A stretch of DNA of 64,000 nt from the human T2T-CHM13v2.0 reference genome, Homo sapiens. Shown here piece by piece: positions 55,716-64,000 of this stretch. A model generated the notes under the pieces. The model made no database searches, had not been told where the DNA came from, and was given only the letters and a program-made list of their open reading frames with translations. Position 1 is the first letter of the stretch, and each line of letters opens with the position of its first letter. The translations under genes and the position numbers were made by a program. The stretch is from NCBI RefSeq assembly GCF_009914755.1, contig NC_060942.1; one strand, given 5' to 3'.

Positions 55716-57534
55716 CTTTCAGTCTTTATTCCCAACTTTTCATTCATAGTATTAGATATGTTTTTGTCACCTTTGTCCCTATTTACTTAACATAGTCCAC
55801 CACCTGAAACCTGCCCTGTAGAGAGCTGCTGCAATGCTGCAGGAAGAAGACATCCTTCTCCACATGAACCTTCAAAGACATCCTGTGTGAGGGCTTAGGG
55901 ATCCATAACCTATTTAAAAGTCAGTGGTCAGTGCATACATCTCTCCCACATGGGAAATAATAAGAGCATTGTGACGTGGGCACAGAACAAACATGGTCCC
56001 ATCCTATGGTCTTTTTCCTGTCCCCTTTCCCTTCCCACTACTCACATAGTTGAGTATCACCAGAACCTTTACTCCTCTTCCAGAAGGGTTGAGTTGAGGT
56101 TTGCATTTAGCCCATTCCTCATGCATCTGGTTGAACATTTGGTCACTGTTCAGAGAGAGTTGTACAGTGACTTCTCTCTCCCAGCCCTCCTGTTTCCTCA
56201 GATGGTTTAAGTAAGTGAGATCACCAGTAAGATTTGCAGCCCGAGTTCTGCTAAGAGGGTCTATCAGCGTGTGTCTTTGACACAAATCACTGCAGATATA
56301 AAAGAATAGAGATGGGAGAGTGGACTTTCAACTTTTCTTATCACTGGAAGTTTTTGAGGAAATGAATCTTTGGCAAAACCCAAATATGCAAAACAATAGA
56401 GCAGTATTATAGTAAAACAAATTTATTCCTTCAAAGCTTTGTCACTATTTACTCCCTATGAAGTCAGCCAAAGTGGCAATGGGAGAATGTCTAGAAACAT
56501 AAACACTGTTAGTGTTTGAGTGAAGTTTGTAGATAGCAACGTAAGACTTATTCAGCATCCATGTGATGCTAATCACGTATTTTTAAAAATTCTGGAGCAG
56601 CAATTCAAATTTTAAAATGTGGACTTCAGACTATAACAAAAGATCTCAAGTCCATGCGGAGGAGAAAAATGACAAAGTTCCATACTTACAGCTGTCTTTC
56701 CGGGAAAGGTAAAAGAACCAAAATGTATTGGACTTGACAAAGTGCTAGGTAAACAAAGCCATGAGGATTAAGGTTTAGGCTCCAGTGATTAGTAGGGAAG
56801 TACAGGATAATAAGCACAGCAGGGTGTCCCTCAAGGTGCTTCAGACTCCGGCTGTGTTTATTATCCCATATCAGTATGGAAATCTATGCCTGACTACATT
56901 TATGGTGTCATTTAGAACTTTAAAATAGGCACTTATTCTCAGAAAAGGGTTACTAAATTATTCACCCTGTAAGGTTTTCTTGATTAGCATAATTCCACCC
57001 ATTATCTGCCTTATCAAGAATACCTTTCCGCTGTAGGGCATGTGCTCCAGAGAGACGTTCAGGGGTACAATTTCATGGCGTCACGTCAATCCTGAGATAC
57101 CCACCTTTCGCTAACTTGAAAATAAAATCCCCTTTTATAATTTGCAAAGTAAACTTCTCCAGGTTGACACTTTTCCTGTTGAGGAACACAGTGAGGGATA
57201 ATCTGTATATTCTTCCCCTGGTTTTCTGCCAAATAGTTTACTTTTTTTATGACCTTTGATGTTAACTTTTTACTTTTCAAAAGGAGAATGCATGACTATC
57301 AATGGGCAGAGCCTTCATGTGGAATTTGGGATTTTTTTCATAAGTGCTAAGAAGGCTACGTAGAGAAGCAAGTGTGTGTTTAACTAGAAATGGGGTGATC
57401 AGAGGGAGAAAGGAGACCATGGGGGTCTCATCACTTAACACTAATGGTGCCTCTTCCTGGGAGCTTTTGCGTACTCATGCCTTCATTTCTTTATGCTCAT
57501 CCATGTCTCTTAAGCACGCCAAGAAGTTTCTGAG

Positions 57535-57553
57535 CCCACACTAGATGGCAGCA
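57535..57553 (+). promoter_or_regulatory. Candidate CTCF-binding site
   Basis: cccACACTAGATGGCAGCA matches the CTCF core at positions 5-19 of the 19-bp motif; motif evidence only. Confidence 0.55.
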
Positions 57554-57622
57554 TGGTTTACTGGTCATGTGGGCAGAGCCAAGGCCCCAGCAGCCTGAGC
57601 CCACATGATGCTCATCCTTGCT

Positions 57623-57691
57623 TTCTCTCTCTCTCTGTCCCTCTGTCTGTCTCTCTGTCTCTCTCTCTCTCTCACATGCACACACGCACAC

Positions 57692-57726
<35 letters not shown>
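57623..57726. repeat. Compound (CT)n-(CA)n microsatellite
   Basis: Directly visible. Confidence 0.95.
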
Positions 57727-57727
<1 letters not shown>

Positions 57728-58184
57728 CTTCTAAAGGGTCCTAGCTTTTCCAATGTCATCTGCAACTCTATCTGGCAAAGTGGGTAAGAGTTGGAAAATC
57801 CCCCTGCAAATTGAAGCCATCCCTTCCACTGCACTGTCGGTTTGTCCAAACACTGAGAAAGGACTTTAACTTTGTGCAGCCCTGTTCCTAATCGCATCAT
57901 CTGGATATCTGTGGTTTCACAAGGTGAATGAGGTCGCAGTTGCTTTATGTTTACTTTGTGAACACCAAAAAGGTCCTTTCGGTTCAGTCCACGCAATCTG
58001 CACTCTGTGTGTGTTTGAATCCAAATGCTTCTCTTTCAGAATTGAATATTCCATTTTAAAATGCCTTCCAGTTGCACCCAGGTTCAGCGTTCCTGTCTCA
58101 AAAGGAATGTGGAACGGGACCTCTACTCAGAAAGGGAGTGCCCATTGCAGTTTCAAGGGCTGAAGTAGGGGAATCTGACCATAG

Positions 58185-58358
58185 CATTTGAGAGCTGAAT
58201 GGGAGCTTAGAGTACATCAAAGTCAGTCAATCTCATTTGACAGATAAGGAAACTGAGACCCAGAAATCTTGACTTGCCTAAGGCCACACAGCTCGTTAGA
58301 AACAAAGCCAGGACTGGAAAACTGGTTTCCTTATACTCTGTCCAAGGCCTTTCCCATT
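58185..58358 (-). mobile_element. MIR/MIR3
   Basis: 'catttgacagataaggaaactgagacccag...gacttgcctaaggccacacagct'. Confidence 0.85.
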
Positions 58359-59544
58359 GCCCCAGTTGTGATTTATAGAAAGTCATAAATATAGAGCAGA
58401 TGAAACCCCAGAGCCCTCAGAGCCCAGCTGGTTCACCCCCTGCCTACCCCACCCCCAACCAGCTCCATGAACCTCCATCCAGCCACGCTTGGACCCACCC
58501 ATGTGCTCCATATCTCTGCCGCCAAAGTCCTCCTCCATGGCCAGGAAGGAGGAGGGATAAAGAGAAAGAGAGAATCGATATTCGTTGGGAAATTGGATTG
58601 CAGATACAGAAGTACTGAAATATTGCAGTACTTCCCTTGGCATTTCCTCTTGACCAGAGAAGGAAATACCAGAAATCTCATAAGCGAACCAATTTGGGCA
58701 ATTTTTTTATACTCAGTATTCATACATTTCACATTTTTTTTCTCCAAACCTTTGAGTACTAATTCAAACCGTCCAGCCTCCAGGCCCCCTGGAGATTCAC
58801 CTATCACTAAATATTGTTGATTTGCAAAACACACGGATTCTTTTTCTAGAACAGGCTCCGCTTTCATAGCTTTCTTCAGACGCTGAGCCTTTTCCCAATT
58901 AAGCGATGGCCCAGCTTCTCTCTGGTTAGGATTACAAACAAACACCACCACCCTTCTGCCTGGGCTCCAGTCACCCCTCCCTTCACTTTGACACATGGTT
59001 CTTTTGATCTCAACCCCAGACCATAGCAACAGGCTCCTAATTACTCACCAGCCATAAATCATGGCAGTAATGTGCTCCTTGCTAAGGAAAAGTAGTATTG
59101 TTGAGCCATCGGAGCCTGGACAACTGGGTGTGTTTAGTGTTTCCAAAAGCAAAGCAGTCAGGGAAGGAAGGCAGGAAGAGAAAAGATGCTTTAAATGTTT
59201 GTAGAAATAGTTGCTTTGATGTTGAGCCCTCTCCCAGAGGAAGTCAAGAGTCTGCAAACTAAGTCTATATTTTTTCATATTTGGAGAGGTAATAAAATCC
59301 ATAAGCCCTGCTAGAGGCAGGTGTAAGCTGGGCCTCCTAGAGTGAATACAAAGGAGATGTCCAAGTACTCAGAGTAAGCAGCACAAACATGCTTCTTGCT
59401 GTCTATCTCTTAATTTTGTTAATTTAATTTTAGTCACTCACTTGCATGGGAAATCTTAGTTCCTTCTTGTCCTTATGGAATAGTGGTTAATCTGGTTAGG
59501 TTTGACATTTTCACTGAGAAACTCTCTGGGAATCCCAAATTATT

Positions 59545-59669
59545 ATTATTTATTTTAAGAGACAAGGATCTCCCTAGGTCGTCGAGGCTCATCTTGAACT
59601 CCTGGACTCAAGTGGCCCTCCCACTTCAGCCTCCCTAGTAGCTGGGACTGCAAGTGTGAGCCACTGCAC
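59545..59669 (-). mobile_element. FLAM (monomeric Alu)
   Basis: Single Alu arm; TSD tcccaaattatt (59533-59544 / 59670-59681). Confidence 0.88.
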
Positions 59670-60029
59670 TCCCAAATTATTTTTTAAATTTGACCTGGAC
59701 CAGGATGTGCTACTGAGTCTACACAAAAACCAATAATTCTAGTAAAACTGGTCAATGTTGGTCTGATCTGGGGACAGGTCACATGAACTCATTATCATCT
59801 TGCTAATGAGGTTTCTGGGTTTAATTGAACTGGAAATCATTCTTTTTAAATTTCAGGATGAGAAATACTGTATAAAGGCTAAGAATAACATATGGACATC
59901 CTTCCATTGGTCAATTCTCAGAAACAAATACAAAATATTATGGATTTTTTAAAAATTTAATTGTGTTAACGTTAGACATTCTACTTGGCTGTAACATACA
60001 GAAAACACTGTGCTGGATAAAATTGTGAG

Positions 60030-60770
60030 ATTTGTCTTTATTCAACAAATATTTATTGAAGATCTACTTTGGGCTAAATCCTGGGGTTATGACAGCTAAG
60101 AATTCAATAGCAGACAAGATTAATGTTATTTTTGCTTATATGGTACTTACGTCTAGAACAGGGTTGGCAAACATTTTCTGTAAAGGGGAAGATAGTAAAT
60201 ATTTTAGGCTTTGCAGGTCATACAGTCTTTATCACAACTTCTCAACTTTGCCTTTATAATAGGAAAGCAGCCATGGGTAATACATAAAGAATTAGGCATA
60301 GCTGTGATGCAATAATACTTTATTTAAAAACACAAGAAGTGGGCCAGATTTGGCCCATGGGCTATTCTTTGCCAACCCTTGCTCTATAAGGAGACACCTT
60401 TAAGTTTAGAGAAGAGGAATCACAGAAGGCTATGAAGGGCAACATGCCTAAATTTGTGAGTTCTTGGAAGGCCTTCTAGGTCTAGTGATCACTACGTTAA
60501 GACCTCCTGTGTTGGTAAAAGTCAATCCAGGGAAGTGGACTGGGGAAGAATATTTTAAGGATTAGGAATGGCATGTGTCACTATTTGAAGATAAATCACA
60601 GTTGGGGAATGGAAAGAAATTCTGGATCACTGGCTTGGGGGTGGCAAAGGTAAGGTGAGGCTCGAGTCTGAAGCCAATTAAAAGGTTTGAGCAAAATAAT
60701 CGGAGATCAGACACGTACTTCAAAGAGATCACTTTGGCGCTTATATAGCAAATCTGTTCAGGATCTTTCT
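60030..60770 (-). mobile_element. L2 fragments interrupted by MER58A
   Basis: 'ttcaacaaatatttattgaag' L2 terminus; 'aaagagatcactttgg'. Confidence 0.65.
60159..60381 (-). mobile_element. MER58A
   Basis: TIRs cagggttggcaaa / tttgccaacccttg; TSD-like gtctagaa / ctctataa. Confidence 0.92.
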
Positions 60771-61159
60771 AGGAACCTCATTCCCTCCATATCCAAATGG
60801 CAGCAGAAAATGCTTTACTGCTCTTTCCTTTTACTCCTTCCTCCCTGGGAGCAAAGGTGCTCCCAGAAGCAGCTAAACACAGTTCATGGGAATCTCTTCC
60901 CTCAAACATCTATATTTTCATAGGAATTGAAGCCATGGTTTAGTGGGTGAAGGTCTGATGGTGGTATTTTAGGCAGCAGTCCTTGCAAGATAAAGAATTT
61001 CGTTGAGGGAGGAGATGAGAGAATTAGAGCAACAGCCCCCGTGAAATCATACCACCCAGTCATTTTTTCACCAAAGCATAAGAATCTGCATATGAGTTCC
61101 TTTTGGGTTAAGTTTTCTGATCAAATTATTCAGTTGGACAATTAGCAATAAAGAGATTT

Positions 61160-61860
61160 TACTTTAATGGTGGGACCAAGGTTAATATCACCAGTAATAG
61201 GGCAGACCGATACTGTGAGCTCCACGATAGGATGCACTGAGAAGCACACAACATCATTACTATGATATTCTTACCAAAGATGCATGACCTCATTCTAATC
61301 ATGAGAAAATATCAGACAAACCCGGATTGAGGAACATTCTACAAATTAAACAGCACGTCTCCAGAGTGTCAAGGTCATGACAGACAGAGAAAGGCCGAGG
61401 AACTGTCACTGATTAGAGAAGATCAAGCAGAACTGACAATTAAAAGCAATGTGGTATCCTGGACTGGATCCTGGGATAGAAAAAAAAGACATTAGTGTAA
61501 AAACTGGTGAAATCTAAGTCAAGTGTGGTGGCTGTCCCTGTAGTCCCCGCTACTCAAAAGGCTGGCATAGGAGGATGGCTTGAGGCCAGGGGTTTGAGAC
61601 CAGCCTGGGCAACATAGTGACTTTTCTATAAACAAACAAACAAACAAACAAATAAATAAAACTGGTGAAATCTAAATAAAGTCTGTAGGTTAGTTAATAG
61701 TATTGTGCCAATGCAATTATCTTGGTTTTAATAATTATGTTATGGTTATGTAACATGTTAACATCAAGGGAAGCTGTGTGAGAGGTATGCAGGAATTCTG
61801 TGCTACTTTTGCAAATTTTTGTAGTCTCAAATTAGATTAAAATAAAGTTTTTTCATAAAA
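61160..61860 (+). mobile_element. L1MC-type 3' end, interrupted by FLAM
   Basis: 'tctaatcatgagaaaatatcagacaaaccc', 'gaggaactgtcac' and 'ttagttaatagtattgtgccaatg'. Confidence 0.85.
61518..61657 (+). mobile_element. FLAM with (AAAC)n tail
   Basis: Perfect 18-bp TSD aaaactggtgaaatctaa (61500-61517 / 61658-61675). Confidence 0.9.
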
Positions 61861-62182
61861 AGAAGTGAATAAACTTCTTATTCAAATAATCTTGTTATAT
61901 TCTGCCATTCTAGACAGGAAAGACTGTTAATAAGTGTTTCCTTGTCAAGTTGTTAATTTCTCCACTAAAAATGAATGATGATTGCCAAGTTGCTTTTAGA
62001 TTGTTTCAGGTCTCAAAGTGCTAAAAGTCATCATATGAAAAAAACCAGAGAATCATATTACTTAATTAGTCACTCATATGGAATCTGCCCTTCCTTCTGA
62101 CAACACTCTGCAGAAGCTTCCCCATCGAACACCACTTCTACCTTTCTCTTCCTCTGGCCTTGGGCCAGTGCTTAGTCGCTGC

Positions 62183-62186
<4 letters not shown>

Positions 62187-62216
<30 letters not shown>
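62187..62216. repeat. A30 homopolymer
   Basis: Directly visible; flanks look like a degraded MIR core. Confidence 0.95.
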
Positions 62217-62219
<3 letters not shown>

Positions 62220-62414
62220 GTTCCTTGCTATCTTGTAGGGTTTGTGGAGTATTAGAGAGGGTCTGGCACATTTTTTGGCAGTATTGTAAAGTAGAGAGCC
62301 CTGGATAGGGAGTCAGGAAATTGGAATTCTTGTCTTAGCTCTTGAGCCTTGTAGTCTTGGGTAAATCATTGACCCTCAGTAAAATCAGATATTTTCAGGC
62401 AAGATCTAGATAAG

Positions 62415-62592
62415 TGAGTCTCATTCTTGGCTGGGTATTGGAATCATCCAGGAAGCATTTTTTTTTTTATGCTGGTGCCTGGGACCCAGTTAAACCCTGA
62501 TTTAACTGTTTTGAGGTACAGCCGAGGCATCTGGAGTTTTTTTAAGTTTCCAGGATTGGTATTAACAGGTAGCCAGGATTGAGAACCACTTA
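62415..62592. mobile_element. MER5-family element (MIR fragment just upstream)
   Basis: 'cttggctgggtattggaatcatccagg' ... 'gtagccaggattgagaaccact'. Confidence 0.7.
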
Positions 62593-63094
62593 TCCAGATG
62601 ATCTCTAAATTCTAACCTAGGGTTTACCAGTAATTATTGTTCAAGCAAGATGAGTCAACAGAACTAGGTCTTGAAAAGTATTATATCTAAAGGAATTCTG
62701 GCTGTGGGAAGATAAAACTACAGTTAAGAAGCACTTTTCCATGATTTTTCAAGACTGTTGTTTGTGCCTGTCTGATGCATTATCATCTTAACTAATGATT
62801 TACACCATGAGTTGCAGTATTTAGCTTGTGGCATATGCCGTAAGGAAGATTAAAACAACAACACCTTTATACGGATGCCTCAGAACAGGGGTGTGAATGT
62901 CCTACCCTCAACCCGTCAGTTACCTTGTCCTCTTTCTGTAGTCTTCCAGGCTTCCTCCAGCTCTACGGTCCACAACACTATCTACACCTACCAGAAATCT
63001 ACACTTACAATAAAGCAAAACAGCTGACACTGGTGACGTGTGTCTATTTAGGTAGGCTGAGGGAGAAAGAGGAAGAAAATTGCACTGTTTAAAG

Positions 63095-63432
63095 TAGCAG
63101 TCCCCAACTTTTTTGGCACCAGGGACTGATTTTCTGGAAGCCAATTTTTTCCATGGACTGGGAAGTGGGGCTGGCGGGGGTGGTTTCAGGATGAAACTGT
63201 TCCACCAGAGATCATTAGGTATTAGATTCTTATAAGGAGCACACAACCTAGATCCCTCACACTCACAGTTTACAATAGGGTTTGTGATCCTATTAGAATC
63301 CAATGCTGCCACTGATCTGATGGGAGGTGGAACTCAGGTGGTAATGCTTGCTCGCCTGCCGCTCATCTTCCGCTGTGCGGCCCAGTTCCTAACAGGCCAC
63401 AGACCAGTATTGGTTAGGGTTGGGGACCCATG
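63095..63432. mobile_element. MER1B (hAT-Charlie)
   Basis: TIRs tagcagtccccaac / gttggggacccatg; perfect 8-bp TSD gtttaaag (63087-63094 / 63433-63440). Confidence 0.93.
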
Positions 63433-63459
63433 GTTTAAAGGATAGCAAGAACTGAAAGC

Positions 63460-63665
63460 CAGGGTAGCAAACCCAAATGCCTCTGGGAGGACAGACCACA
63501 GGGGAGCTAGAGGGCCGTGGAACTAGAGAGCTCATGACTCTCCTAAGGACCACTTCTCCTCTGCTCCAGGCAGTTGTGGCCCAGGGAGTATGTTGGCCCA
63601 GCAGTGCCAGAACTTTAGATCTTTAAGAAAATTGAGAAATCCATAATTGATTTGTAAATGCTGAA
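63460..63665 (+). mobile_element. MER102-like hAT element
   Basis: 5' end 'cagggtagcaaacccaaatgcct'; core 'ggcccagcagtgccaga...gagaaatcc'. Confidence 0.7.
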
Positions 63666-63669
63666 AGCC

Positions 63670-63977
<308 letters not shown>

Positions 63978-64000
63978 AAAACCAATTTTTTAAATAAATA

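Noticed and set aside
58433-59029. 198-aa minus-strand ORF (longest in the track)
   Set aside because: Non-ATG start, no recognisable family or coding-like character

Overview
Primate (simian-type) nuclear DNA, intronic or intergenic, roughly half interspersed repeats. It contains AluS/AluJ/FLAM SINEs, a 2.6-kb 5'-truncated L1PA, older L1M/L2/MIR fragments, a near full-length Tigger1, many small hAT/TcMar elements, ERV1/ERVL/MaLR solo LTRs and microsatellites. I recognise no cellular protein-coding exon, tRNA, rRNA or CRISPR array, and I cannot name the locus. The only ORF-track entries with real protein homology are decayed L1 ORF2 and Tigger1 transposase fragments. Repeat family names come from my recollection of Dfam/Repbase consensus sequences, not from a search, so subfamily calls and ancient-repeat boundaries are approximate. 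I found no supportable new biological system. Best second looks: a CpG-retaining unique element at ~15.3-16.2 kb (YY1-like motif plus GC box), three apparent local copy-paste events that are not ordinary transposition (13.1, 27.0 and 36.6 kb), a candidate AG|GT recursive splice site at 21038/21039, a close inverted Alu pair, an AP-1/ARE cluster and a good CTCF motif.
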